This document shows positions 28,180 through 37,966 of a DNA stretch of 53,206 nt, piece by piece. The stretch spans positions 1 through 53,206 of the forward strand of contig JAVHOI010000121.1 in the NCBI GenBank assembly GCA_036169975.1. Direction: 5' to 3'. Made by a program: the position numbers and the translations under genes. The notes beneath the pieces are model-generated. The model ran no database searches and was not told where the DNA came from. It was given only the letters and a program-made list of their open reading frames with translations. Source of the DNA: Ferruginibacter sp. (GTDB lineage: Bacteria; Bacteroidota; Bacteroidia; Chitinophagales; Chitinophagaceae). Numbering within the stretch: the stretch's first letter is position 1; each line of letters opens with the position of its first letter.

Positions 28180-28224
28180 CAAATGTAGGTGTATATTGAT
28201 TGTAAGAAAATAATTGTAACTTCG
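28180..28224. promoter_or_regulatory. Divergent -7 elements for panC and the GT5-like gene
   Basis: TACATTTG on the minus strand (28180-28187) and TAACTTCG on the plus strand (28217-28224). Confidence 0.5.
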
Positions 28225-28267
28225 CCACCCTTAGGGAAACTTACAAGGACTCATTAATTAAGCACAA

Positions 28268-29080
28268 ATGTCAACAAAAAAAAGAATTTTATTTATTGCC
28301 AACGAAATGTCCCCTTACATAGAACTTACAGAGTTTGCGGAGATCATTAACAAACTGGCGATAAAATCGAATGATAGTGGAATGGAAGTAAGATGTATAA
28401 TGCCCCGCTTTGGAATCATTAATGAAAGGAGGCACCGCCTGCATGAAGTTGTTCGTTTATCCGGGATCAATGTCTCGATTGCCGGTGATGATTATCCCCT
28501 GATTATTAAAGTAGCTTCTTTACCTAATGCGAGATTGCAGGTATATTTTTTGGATAATGAAGATTTTTTTAAACGCAAATCCATTTTTACGGATGAAAAT
28601 GAAAAATGGTATGATGATAATGGTTTAAGAACCGCATTGTTTTGTAAAGGCACATTGGAAACAGTAAGGAAGTTTGGCTGGCCTCCTGACATTATTCATT
28701 GCAGTGGCTGGATGACCGGCCTGATACCAATGTTTATTAAAATAGCGTATAAAAAAGAACCCGTATTCAGTAATTGCAAAGTTATTTATACGATAGGTGA
28801 AAATACATTCAAAGAAAAGCTGGAAGCCGATTTTCCAAAACTTGCGGCCATTAATGATAATGTAACTAAAAAGGAACTGGACTATTTCAAGGATAATAAT
28901 AACACCGCGATGTTCAGGGGCGGCGCTGCTTATGCCGATGCTGTTACATTCGGTGCGGCCAATGTAGAAAAAAAACTGTTAGAGGAGTTCAGCAAGATAA
29001 AAGGTAAAAAGACCCTGCCCTTTAATATTGAAAGTGATTTAACAGACTATTTACAATTGTATGCCGATCTTGCCAAATAG
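28268..29080 (+). CDS. Glycogen/starch synthase N-terminal (GT5) domain protein, single domain
   Basis: RILFIANEMSPY, VRCIMPRFG, VYFLDNEDFF, PDIIHC..W; 270 aa. Confidence 0.85.
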   Translation: MSTKKRILFIANEMSPYIELTEFAEIINKLAIKSNDSGMEVRCIMPRFGIINERRHRLHEVVRLSGINVSIAGDDYPLIIKVASLPNARLQVYFLDNEDFFKRKSIFTDENEKWYDDNGLRTALFCKGTLETVRKFGWPPDIIHCSGWMTGLIPMFIKIAYKKEPVFSNCKVIYTIGENTFKEKLEADFPKLAAINDNVTKKELDYFKDNNNTAMFRGGAAYADAVTFGAANVEKKLLEEFSKIKGKKTLPFNIESDLTDYLQLYADLAK

Positions 29081-29118
29081 TAAATAAAACCAACCCACAT
29101 TTCTTAAATTCCGTTTTT

Positions 29119-30624
29119 GTGCAAAGAAAATTTTTATGTTTATTAGCCGGATTGGCTTGTGTTTCATTTTTTAACTGGGGTTGTACCAAAATTGATAGCA
29201 CCGTACTTGGTGCAGACCTGATTCCTGCCGTTGACAATGTCCTTACTTTCGCGGATACCCTTTTTATTGATGCCGCAAGGGAACAAAATGTTGACACGAC
29301 CAGGCTAAGCCGTACGGAAACCCATGTGTTGGGAAGCATTAACAATGACCCGGTTTTTGGTAAAACAAAAGCGGATATTTTTCTTGAGTTAAAGCCCTCA
29401 TTTTTCCCTTATTATTTTGGGCTTTCAAAAGATACGATCAATCCGGCTTTGAATGCAGCTACACATTTTGATTCTGTTTTTCTTTGCCTTTCTTATAATG
29501 GTTTTTATGGCGATACCACCAAACCGCAACATTTTAAGGTTTACCAGTTGGATCAGAATACAACCAATTTTGTAGATACTACTGCTCATCCGCTCAATTT
29601 TCAACCAGATAAACCGTACCTCGGTAACCTATTGGGTGAAGCAACTGTTTTTCAGCCCGATCTTAAAAATTATACCTTCTTAAAAACGAGTAAAAAAGAT
29701 TCGGTAACCAGGCAGATCCGTATTAAATTAAGTAGTTCGTTCATGGCTGCATTGGTAAGTGGCGACTCCGCAAGTAATAAACCTAACAATTTTTTTAATA
29801 CCGATTCGCTTTTCAAAGAGAAGTATAAAGGATTTGCAGTTGTAGCAGATGGCGGCAATGATGCGAATGGATTGTTTTATATCAGTTTAACGGATGCAGC
29901 TACAAGGCTGGAAGTACATTATGTAGCCACCAATACCGGTAAATTGGACACCGCGTTTTCTTCTTTTCCGTTATCTATTGGAACCTATCTTAACGTAACC
30001 GCTTCTGCCAGTGCTAATTCTTTGGTTAGGGATACATCATCCTCCGAATTTCCAAATGCACCGGATCCCACGGCATTGTATATTCAATCAGCGCCTGGTT
30101 CGGCTATCAGTTTAAAAATTCCTGGTTTAGCTTCATTATCCAATCGAATTATACATCGTGCCGAAATATTTTTAGAGCAGGTTCCCGGAAGCCCGGGTAA
30201 TGATGTGTTAACTGCTCCGGCATTTTTGTACCTCGACCTGATTGATGACACCGCCAATCCTAAAAAATACAAACCGTTGTATTATGACCTGAGTCCAAAC
30301 GCTTTTTATAACCCGGATAATACAACCACTTTCTTTCCAACAGCCGGCATAGACCACAATTATTATGGCGGGTTTTTAAGGACAACAACAGATGCTTTGG
30401 GCACCCGGTCTTTTTACACTTTTAATCTGACAAGATATGTACAGAACCTGGTAACCAAAGGTGGAACCAATTATAAATTCAGGGTAAGTGCGCCTTATAA
30501 TTTAACTTATTACGGATTAAATTTAAAGTATAGCAATAACCTTGCTTTTGGAAGAGTGAAAATCGGTAATGGCAATAATGCCAGCTATCGGCTTCGGATG
30601 CGGATTGTATGGTCAAAAATATAA
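29119..30624 (+). CDS. DUF4270-like lipoprotein
   Basis: Lipobox WGC; LGSINNDPVFGKT and FKEKYKGF motifs; position after the GT5-like gene, as I recall for other Bacteroidota; GTG start. Confidence 0.75.
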   Translation: MQRKFLCLLAGLACVSFFNWGCTKIDSTVLGADLIPAVDNVLTFADTLFIDAAREQNVDTTRLSRTETHVLGSINNDPVFGKTKADIFLELKPSFFPYYFGLSKDTINPALNAATHFDSVFLCLSYNGFYGDTTKPQHFKVYQLDQNTTNFVDTTAHPLNFQPDKPYLGNLLGEATVFQPDLKNYTFLKTSKKDSVTRQIRIKLSSSFMAALVSGDSASNKPNNFFNTDSLFKEKYKGFAVVADGGNDANGLFYISLTDAATRLEVHYVATNTGKLDTAFSSFPLSIGTYLNVTASASANSLVRDTSSSEFPNAPDPTALYIQSAPGSAISLKIPGLASLSNRIIHRAEIFLEQVPGSPGNDVLTAPAFLYLDLIDDTANPKKYKPLYYDLSPNAFYNPDNTTTFFPTAGIDHNYYGGFLRTTTDALGTRSFYTFNLTRYVQNLVTKGGTNYKFRVSAPYNLTYYGLNLKYSNNLAFGRVKIGNGNNASYRLRMRIVWSKI

Positions 30625-30643
30625 GCTCAAAAAAAATTTTTTT

Positions 30644-30673
30644 CAAAGCCTCTTTTAAAAAACGGAGGCTTTG
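30644..30673 (+). terminator. Hairpin terminator after the DUF4270 gene
   Basis: CAAAGCCTC...GAGGCTTTG stem followed by TTCTTT. Confidence 0.6.
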
Positions 30674-30700
30674 TTCTTTACATGCGTAACCTTATCTTTG
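30670..30700 (+). promoter_or_regulatory. metK promoter (-33 TTTG / -7 TATCTTTG)
   Basis: Both Bacteroidota elements with a 19-nt spacer, 22 nt before the ATG. Confidence 0.65.
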
Positions 30701-30722
30701 CAACTCAAAATTTAAAAACCTT

Positions 30723-31982
30723 ATGCCTTATTTATTTACATCTGAGTCCGTAAGTGAAGGACACCCGGATAAAGTAGCTGACCAGATCAGTGATGCTTTA
30801 ATTGATAATTTCCTGGCCTTTGACTCCAATAGTAAAGTAGCCTGCGAAACATTGGTAACTACAGGACAGGTGATGCTTGCCGGCGAGGTAAAAAGCAATA
30901 CCTACCTGGATGTGCAGGAAATAGCGAGAGGTGTGATCCGCAAAATCGGTTACACAAAAAGTGAGTATATGTTTGAGGCTAATTCATGCGGCATTCTTTC
31001 CGCCATACACGAACAATCAGCCGATATTAACCAGGGGGTGGATAGAAAGAAAAAAGAAGAACAAGGTGCAGGCGATCAGGGAATGATGTTTGGTTATGCA
31101 ACCAATGAAACTGAAAATTATATGCCCCTCGCATTGGATCTGGCACATTTTCTTTTAATTGAATTAGCCTCTATACGCAGAGAGAATAAAGAAATAAAAT
31201 ACCTGCGCCCCGATGCGAAAAGCCAGGTTACCCTGGAGTATGATGATAACAACCGCCCGGTTCGTATAGATGCTATTGTAATTTCCACACAGCATGATGA
31301 TTTTGGCAAAGAAGAAACCATGCTGGCCAAAATCAAAAAAGACATCATCAATTTATTGATACCAAGGGTAGTGGCAAAATATCCTAAATATGCGCATTTA
31401 TTCAACAACAAAATAAAATACCATATTAACCCAACCGGCAAATTTGTAATTGGCGGCCCACATGGCGATACGGGATTGACCGGCCGTAAAATAATCGTAG
31501 ATACTTATGGCGGTAAAGGCGCCCATGGTGGTGGCGCATTTAGCGGTAAAGATCCAAGTAAAGTTGACAGAAGTGCGGCTTATGCTACCCGTCATATCGC
31601 AAAAAACCTGGTGGCTGCAGGCTTATGTGATGAAGTTCTTGTGCAGGTTAGTTATGCAATAGGCGTGGCAAAACCAACAAGTATCAATGTGGTTACTTAC
31701 GGTACCTCTAAAGTAAATTTAACTGACGGTGAAATCGCCAAAAAAGTAATGGGCATGAAATGTTTTGATATGCGTCCTTACTTTATTGAACAAAGATTAA
31801 AATTACGTAACCCTATCTATAGCGAAACAGCAGCCTACGGGCACATGGGGCGCAAGAATGAAGTTGTAGAAAAAACATTTACTTCTCCTTATGGTAAAAC
31901 CGTCAAGAAAAAAGTAGAATTATTTACCTGGGAAAAATTAGATGCGGTAAAAGAGGTAAAAAAAGTATTTGGGTTGAAATAA
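30723..31982 (+). CDS. metK: S-adenosylmethionine synthetase
   Basis: [35 protein letters not shown]. Confidence 0.98.
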   Translation: MPYLFTSESVSEGHPDKVADQISDALIDNFLAFDSNSKVACETLVTTGQVMLAGEVKSNTYLDVQEIARGVIRKIGYTKSEYMFEANSCGILSAIHEQSADINQGVDRKKKEEQGAGDQGMMFGYATNETENYMPLALDLAHFLLIELASIRRENKEIKYLRPDAKSQVTLEYDDNNRPVRIDAIVISTQHDDFGKEETMLAKIKKDIINLLIPRVVAKYPKYAHLFNNKIKYHINPTGKFVIGGPHGDTGLTGRKIIVDTYGGKGAHGGGAFSGKDPSKVDRSAAYATRHIAKNLVAAGLCDEVLVQVSYAIGVAKPTSINVVTYGTSKVNLTDGEIAKKVMGMKCFDMRPYFIEQRLKLRNPIYSETAAYGHMGRKNEVVEKTFTSPYGKTVKKKVELFTWEKLDAVKEVKKVFGLK

Positions 31983-31997
31983 AGAGCCTCCGCAACC

Positions 31998-32012
31998 CCC
32001 TCCAAAGGAGGG
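31998..32012. repeat. Short GC hairpin, REP-like or terminator
   Basis: CCCTCC-AAA-GGAGGG just after the metK stop. Confidence 0.4.
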
Positions 32013-32136
32013 ATTTAAGAGACTTTTTATTTGTAAAAGTTTTTTTTGACATGGAAGTTACTGCAACCATAAGTTTGGAAAAGCTTATGGGTTTTTTATA
32101 GGCTGTTTTTATAGGCTTAATAACGCTTAATTTTGA

Positions 32137-32907
32137 ATGGTGAAAAATTTCAGACTGCAACAACACAGGCCAAAGAAAAACACATTGGTAATTGGCCGAA
32201 AAGCCATCATTGAAGCAATGTTATCCGGTAAACAACTGGAACGTATCTACATGCAAACTACCATACATGGCGAAGTGATAGATGAAATTAAAAAACTGGC
32301 GGAGCAATATCTTGTACCAATCAATAAGGTGCCGGTTGAAAAGCTGAACGGCTTCAACATTAGTAACCATGAAGGTTGCGTGGCGGTTATCAGTAAAATC
32401 CAGTACCAGGATTTGCAGGATGTCATTTCATTTATCGTAGAAAAAGGAGAGGTTCCTTTGTTTTTAATATTGGATGGCATAACAGATATCCGAAATATAG
32501 GCGCTATCGCAAGAAGCGCTTTTTGCTTTGGTGTAAATGCCATCATCATTCCTGATAAAGGCGTGGGCGCTTTAAATGAAGACGCTATTTTAACTTCAGC
32601 CGGCGCCCTTGAAAAAATCGCTGTATGCAGGGTAAACAGTTTAATGAAAGCGGTGGATGAACTGCACCTGAATGGAATAAAAGTTTTTGCGAGTGAAATG
32701 ACCGCTACAAAAAAATTGTTTGATCTGGAACTGATAGGACCTTGCGCCGTAGTGATGGGGGGCGAAGAGCATGGCGTATATCCTGCATTATTGAAAATAT
32801 GTGATGAACAATTTCAAATACCCATGATTGGCGATTTTGAATCTTTAAATGTATCGGTAGCTACCGGCATTATTTTATACGAAGCGATGAAGCAACGAAT
32901 GGTTTAG
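32137..32907 (+). CDS. rlmB: 23S rRNA (G2251-2'-O)-methyltransferase
   Basis: NHEGCVA, LDGITDIRNIGAIARSA, MGGEEHG and ESLNVSVA SPOUT motifs. Confidence 0.9.
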   Translation: MVKNFRLQQHRPKKNTLVIGRKAIIEAMLSGKQLERIYMQTTIHGEVIDEIKKLAEQYLVPINKVPVEKLNGFNISNHEGCVAVISKIQYQDLQDVISFIVEKGEVPLFLILDGITDIRNIGAIARSAFCFGVNAIIIPDKGVGALNEDAILTSAGALEKIAVCRVNSLMKAVDELHLNGIKVFASEMTATKKLFDLELIGPCAVVMGGEEHGVYPALLKICDEQFQIPMIGDFESLNVSVATGIILYEAMKQRMV

Positions 32908-32935
32908 CGTTTACGGTTAAAGGTTTAAGGTTTAG
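32901..32935. repeat. Tandem heptamer array (GGTTTAR-like x5)
   Basis: ggtttag cgtttac ggttaaa ggtttaa ggtttag, starting at the rlmB stop. Confidence 0.6.
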
Positions 32936-33078
32936 GGCATTTGTAATGAGCGGAGCCGAGGTATTCAATTAAACCTTGTTGTAATATTTTATTAGTACGG
33001 CATTTCATTTGACAATTTTAACCATCTTCAATTTGGGGTGCATCAATACCTGCCATCAACTATCCGCCATCTACAATT

Positions 33079-33828
33079 TTATTCCTGCATATCCGTATCA
33101 ATATAATTACTGCCATCCGCGGTTTTGCTGGAAGTTGCTACCAATGTTTCTATCGTTTTGATTTCAACCGGAGTAAAATAGCGCCATTTTCCAACCGGCA
33201 AATTAGCCAGCGTAATATTCATGATCCTTACCCGTTTTAGCGTGGTTACCTTGTAGCCCAATGCCAGGCACATTCTGCGGATCTGCCTGTTCAATCCCTG
33301 CGTGAGGATTATCCTGAAACGGTTTTTACCTTCCTGCTTTACAAAACATTTTTTAGTAACCGTATCCAGTATGCGGATACCGTTACTCATTTTATTCACG
33401 AAATCACCTGAAATAGGTTTATCCACGGTTACCAGGTATTCTTTTTCATGGTTGTTGCCGGCACGCAATATTTTATTTACAATGTCACCGTCATTGGTTA
33501 AAAATATCAAGCCTTCGGAAGGCTTATCCAACCTGCCTATCGGGAATATCCTGCTTTTTAAATTGATAAAAGAAATGATGTTGTGTTTGTCTTTCAGGTC
33601 TGTTGTACAGGTAATGCCAACGGGTTTATTAAAAACGATGTAAACCGTTTTATCTTTCTTTTTAACCGGCTCTCCATCTATCTCTACCACATCGCCGGGC
33701 ATTACCCGGTTGCCTTTGACGGCCACGTTATCATTGATCGTTACCCTTGCCTGTTCAATGTATTTATCTGCTTCCCGGCGGGAGCAGAAACCCGTTTCGC
33801 TGATATATTTATTTAGACTTTTATCCAT
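33079..33828 (-). CDS. rluF: 23S rRNA pseudouridine(2604) synthase
   Basis: S4 domain LNKYISETGFCSRREAD; GRLD catalytic Asp; LTQGLNRQIRRM. Confidence 0.9.
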   Translation of the reverse strand: MDKSLNKYISETGFCSRREADKYIEQARVTINDNVAVKGNRVMPGDVVEIDGEPVKKKDKTVYIVFNKPVGITCTTDLKDKHNIISFINLKSRIFPIGRLDKPSEGLIFLTNDGDIVNKILRAGNNHEKEYLVTVDKPISGDFVNKMSNGIRILDTVTKKCFVKQEGKNRFRIILTQGLNRQIRRMCLALGYKVTTLKRVRIMNITLANLPVGKWRYFTPVEIKTIETLVATSSKTADGSNYIDTDMQE

Positions 33829-34092
33829 GGAAAATATAAAATTAAAGGATTATCTACAAGGTAAAACTTTAACCGGGCCTTTGTGAATAATATGAATTTG
33901 TCTATTGAAATAATTTATCGCATAGGGAGTATTGATGGGTAGAAAAAATAGTGATAATTCCATGTAATCTGTTTCCTGCCTTGCCGTAGTATATTATTTA
34001 ATTACAGTTTTTTTAGAAGTAAACTTTTGTATAAGGACTGGCTTTTGTAATCCCTCTTTATATCAATCTAAATAATTTGTTGGTGGTTGTAG

Positions 34093-35502
34093 TTAATACT
34101 GCCTATTGCTTTTCCAATAAAAAATTAAGCCAATGCTAATTATTATCCCGGTTAAAATAAACACCACAATGAGTGAAGTGGCACTGCTGAAATATTGCTT
34201 TACATAATACAATACCCCATATACCGCTGCAAGCGACATCATTAACTTTAGCAAAAAAAAGCCAGGTACCAATGCCCTTATGCTAATCTTCATAAGGCTT
34301 GCCGATTGCCAAAGGTAATAACCAGCCTGCAGATAAGTGGAAACTACAATTGCCAAAGCCACGCCGGGCGTACCCATTAATGGATATAAAATAAACATCA
34401 GCAATAACGAAAAGCCAATATCCATTACAGATCCAAAGGCGATTTTTTTGGATTGCCCGTAGCATTGAAGGATAACACCGTAATGGGTGATGCGCATGGG
34501 GATAATAAAAATGCTGATCAAAAAAACCGGTATGGAAGCGCTGTATTTATTTTTAAAAATGATGGCAAAGGCTTCCGCATGCATGGTCAGCAAAAAGAAA
34601 AACAATGGAAATGCAATGAGGGATAAAATCTTAAAACTTTCATTGAAAATATTTTTAGCGGCGATTTTATTCGAAACGTCCGCGGATATATTGGTGAGCA
34701 TGATATACTCCATCGTACTGATCAAAATACCAAACAAGGGGATTTCAAAGGCGCCGTTAAAGAATACCGCAAACGCTGCGGGAGAGAGCAGGTAAAGTAA
34801 AAATATTTTATCTAACCATTTGGCTATGATGCCTGCAATTTCATTGAGGCCGATAAAAACCCAGTTGCCAATAAAATTTGCAGGAGCCAATAAGCTTACA
34901 GGGGATGTGTTATTTTTCGCAACAACAAAGATGAATGCCGCTTTAAATACCGATAAACAAATGATACCAGTGATTAACTGGTTCAAAACAAAACTTTGAT
35001 AAAAAAAATAAAGGTGGATGGAAAAGAACAATAGGGTGTAAACAAAATTTATCCATAAATAAATTTTGAGCAGGTTATTCTTTATCAATAATGTGTCGGT
35101 TAAAGTGCATAAACCCTGAAAAAAAATAAAGGCTATAAGTAATAGTTTTGTATAGGAAGAAAAATGATTGGTGGTAAAATAGAAAATGGCAAAGGTGATG
35201 AGTGAACCAAATGCATATAACAACGATAAAATACGCCAGTTGCTTTTAATAAAGCCAGTAAAATAATTAAAGGCGGTGGAAAGTATAATGGATGATAACC
35301 CAAAACTGATGATGACACTAATGATGTTGCAGTAAATCCATATTGTTTGAAACTGTCCGTAATCATAGTACGAAAGTTTGCGGGAATACAACACCATGAT
35401 GATGGTGAGAAAAAGGATGGGTAATAATTTGCCAATAAAAACTGGAAGCAGTTTATTGCTTATGCGGTTAAAGGTAGTAGTATCAATTGCGTTGGCAGCC
35501 AA
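34093..35502 (-). CDS. Wzx/MOP-family oligosaccharide flippase
   Basis: Multi-TM protein; SRKLS..DYGQF and DK.....LSPAAFAVFFNGA patterns; TTG start. Confidence 0.75.
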   Translation of the reverse strand: MAANAIDTTTFNRISNKLLPVFIGKLLPILFLTIIMVLYSRKLSYYDYGQFQTIWIYCNIISVIISFGLSSIILSTAFNYFTGFIKSNWRILSLLYAFGSLITFAIFYFTTNHFSSYTKLLLIAFIFFQGLCTLTDTLLIKNNLLKIYLWINFVYTLLFFSIHLYFFYQSFVLNQLITGIICLSVFKAAFIFVVAKNNTSPVSLLAPANFIGNWVFIGLNEIAGIIAKWLDKIFLLYLLSPAAFAVFFNGAFEIPLFGILISTMEYIMLTNISADVSNKIAAKNIFNESFKILSLIAFPLFFFLLTMHAEAFAIIFKNKYSASIPVFLISIFIIPMRITHYGVILQCYGQSKKIAFGSVMDIGFSLLLMFILYPLMGTPGVALAIVVSTYLQAGYYLWQSASLMKISIRALVPGFFLLKLMMSLAAVYGVLYYVKQYFSSATSLIVVFILTGIIISIGLIFYWKSNRQY

Positions 35503-35512
35503 TTAAAATGAT

Positions 35513-36040
35513 TTATGGATATTTTATTTTTTTAAATTGGTCACAAGCCGTTTTATCCAATTGCTTTATTACAACAGCAGGGTTGCCGGCTATTACCACA
35601 TAGCCCTCTTCATAAGAATGGGTAACAACAGCGCCTGCGCCTACAATGGTAAAATCGCCCAAAACGATACCGGGTAATACTACGGCATTCATTCCGATCC
35701 AGCAAAACCTGCCAATCCTTATGGATGGCGCCGGGGTATGTTTTGAATTATCAATTAAGTTATGATTGGCTGATATTAAACCCACATTGGGCCCAATATT
35801 GGTGTAGTCACCTATAAAAATACCGTTTGATGCTTCAATATAATTACCGGGCGAATCACCGGGGTAAACATTGATGCCCCTGGTAATATTTTCTGGTGCG
35901 ATCACCCTGCTAGTATGGTGCAGCGCCCAGGGCGTATCCCCATTCAGTTGCAATATTTTTCTAAAAATAAAATCCGCTAAATAAAAATTAAGCCCTACAT
36001 CTGTTCTCAGCCCTAATATTTTTTGGATCATTTTTTTCAT
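35513..36040 (-). CDS. Hexapeptide-repeat O-acyltransferase
   Basis: IGDYTNIGPNV, ISANH, IGRFCWIGMNAVVLPG, IAGNPA. Confidence 0.88.
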   Translation of the reverse strand: MKKMIQKILGLRTDVGLNFYLADFIFRKILQLNGDTPWALHHTSRVIAPENITRGINVYPGDSPGNYIEASNGIFIGDYTNIGPNVGLISANHNLIDNSKHTPAPSIRIGRFCWIGMNAVVLPGIVLGDFTIVGAGAVVTHSYEEGYVVIAGNPAVVIKQLDKTACDQFKKIKYP

Positions 36041-36205
36041 CCTTATAAAATCGCTTAATTTAAATATGACATGCTAAATTATAATTCAATTTCGATAATG
36101 GAATAAAATACGCCTCCCATGTTAACAGTAATATTTCAGGAGTGGCAGTTGAATTAGGGCAGGCTAATTCAAAGTGAAACCGAAAACCATTTAAAGCGCT
36201 CCATA

Positions 36206-36613
36206 TTATTTGGCATTTAGTTTTACTACATCCCAGTATTCTTTACCATAATCTACTAATATTTCGCTTCCCTCTCTGATATCCTTTATGGCTTCAATGA
36301 ATATTTTCAGCCCATCTTCCACATACCGGCAATTATTCGTGATGCCCTTTACCCTCGTTAAACCACGGGCATCATTCGCATAACGGGCCATTACTTTTGT
36401 AAAAGGCAGCCCATCAATTACATGATCTTTTGTTACAAAATAAATATAGCTGTTGGTGCCATCCTGGTGGTCGGCGTCCTTCCATGTAGTGATTTTCCCT
36501 TTATATTCGGTAATCCGGGTTCCTTTGGGAATAAAGATTTTTGTAAATAAACCTTTGCCGGAGCAGGGTAGGGTAGATTCCTTTACAATCAATTGCTTTT
36601 CCTCTGATACCAT
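36206..36613 (-). CDS. SET-domain protein
   Basis: GKGLFT, EYKG, ARYAND, AIKDIREGSEILVDYG..YW. Confidence 0.85.
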   Translation of the reverse strand: MVSEEKQLIVKESTLPCSGKGLFTKIFIPKGTRITEYKGKITTWKDADHQDGTNSYIYFVTKDHVIDGLPFTKVMARYANDARGLTRVKGITNNCRYVEDGLKIFIEAIKDIREGSEILVDYGKEYWDVVKLNAK

Positions 36614-36946
36614 ATATTGAAATTATATTTTTTGCAGACAATTGAAGGTAACAAACAAATTACTTCCATCCACCATTGTATTTTACTTATTATATTTTAC
36701 AGTTGCCAACTCGCCTTCATTTTATAAAACAAATAATCAGGTCAATTGGGACTACTCAAAAAATGAAGAATTTAAACCGCATTTTAAACAAAGGAATAGA
36801 ATACCTGGGTTTGGCAGGCTTTATCCGAAATTAAAATGCCCCATTGCTAAATTCACGGATTTATTATGTTATCCGGTGCTTTCCTTGTTGATAGATTGTT
36901 GAAGTTTATAAGTTGATTTTTTTTTAAATCACCTTGCCTGCATATT

Positions 36947-36962
36947 TGGCGCACGACTTGTA
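36947..36962 (+). promoter_or_regulatory. Candidate sigma54-type -24/-12 promoter
   Basis: TGGCGC-ACGAC-TTGTA with canonical spacing, about 160 nt upstream of the receiver gene. Confidence 0.4.
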
Positions 36963-37123
36963 ACTAATGATTATAATTAAACCTATTTTATAAAACAATT
37001 GTTGTTCATTTTTATTAGAATAAACGCGTAATTAAATCGTTACTTATTGGAAGTATCAAAATAAAATTTATATTTTAAAAAAAAATCAACACGCTGCACC
37101 CGGATGCACTATCTTTTAAAAAC

Positions 37124-37462
37124 ATGAAAAGAATACTAATAGTAGATGACGAAGTTGATCTGTGTTTATTGATTAAGCAATTTCTTACCAAAAGAAATTA
37201 TGAGGTTTATATAGCGCATACGCTTACTGATGGGTTGAATATACTCAATGCCATTAAGCCAAATGCATTGATGCTGGATAATAATTTACCTGATGGGATG
37301 GGCTGGGATATGGCTGATGATATTCGTAAAAAATACCCCTCCATGATCATCACGCTGATTAGCGCCTACCAGTTTGTCAAAGATTTTAAACATAATCCGG
37401 ATACCTCCTTCAATTTTATGGAGAAGCCCATCTCACTTTCAGATATTGAAAAATATATCTGA
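37124..37462 (+). CDS. Single-domain response regulator
   Basis: ILIVDDE, MLDNNLPDG, MEKP; 112 aa. Confidence 0.88.
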   Translation: MKRILIVDDEVDLCLLIKQFLTKRNYEVYIAHTLTDGLNILNAIKPNALMLDNNLPDGMGWDMADDIRKKYPSMIITLISAYQFVKDFKHNPDTSFNFMEKPISLSDIEKYI

Positions 37463-37619
37463 TACCCATTTCAAATTCCTCTTTAATTAAAATACCTGTC
37501 TATAAAATTTGGGAAACAATTATCCCACTTCCCCACAATTATAACCCGAATGTTGATTTTATTTCCCAACCGGATAATTTTTTATAGTTAAAATTGATGG
37601 CATGGTTTTAATATAGAAG

Positions 37620-37687
37620 GTAGTAGGTTTTTCATAGGATATTGGATAAAAACGGGGAAAGATTTCTATCTTACCCCTCTTTTTTTT
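37620..37687 (+). ncRNA. Candidate small RNA ending in an intrinsic terminator
   Basis: GGGG-A-AAGAT-TTCT-ATCTT-A-CCCC plus TCTTTTTTTT, about 190 nt after the preceding stop; TGGCATGG motif at 37598. Confidence 0.35.
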
Positions 37688-37966
37688 GCCAATTCTTTAA
37701 TTTTATTTTCGGTGAAATGGAACAGTGAAAACATTTGCCCGCTATTATAATCTCATAAGCGAAGCTGATTGGGCAAGAGTTAACCAGATAAATCTTCAAA
37801 ATTTTATGGAAATCCGTAAGTGTGTAAATCATTCATGCATTATTTCAAAGGCCGGGCGTATAAGTTTTGTTGTACGGTATAAAAATGAACCAGTGTTAAA
37901 TTGAGGTTAACTCCATTATAAGGATTTGTAAGATGGCAAATTGAATTTCATTAAAATAAATAAACA

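Noticed and set aside
30625-30722. SAM riboswitch upstream of metK
   Set aside because: The promoter lies about 22 nt from the ATG, leaving no room; the hairpin there is the upstream gene's terminator
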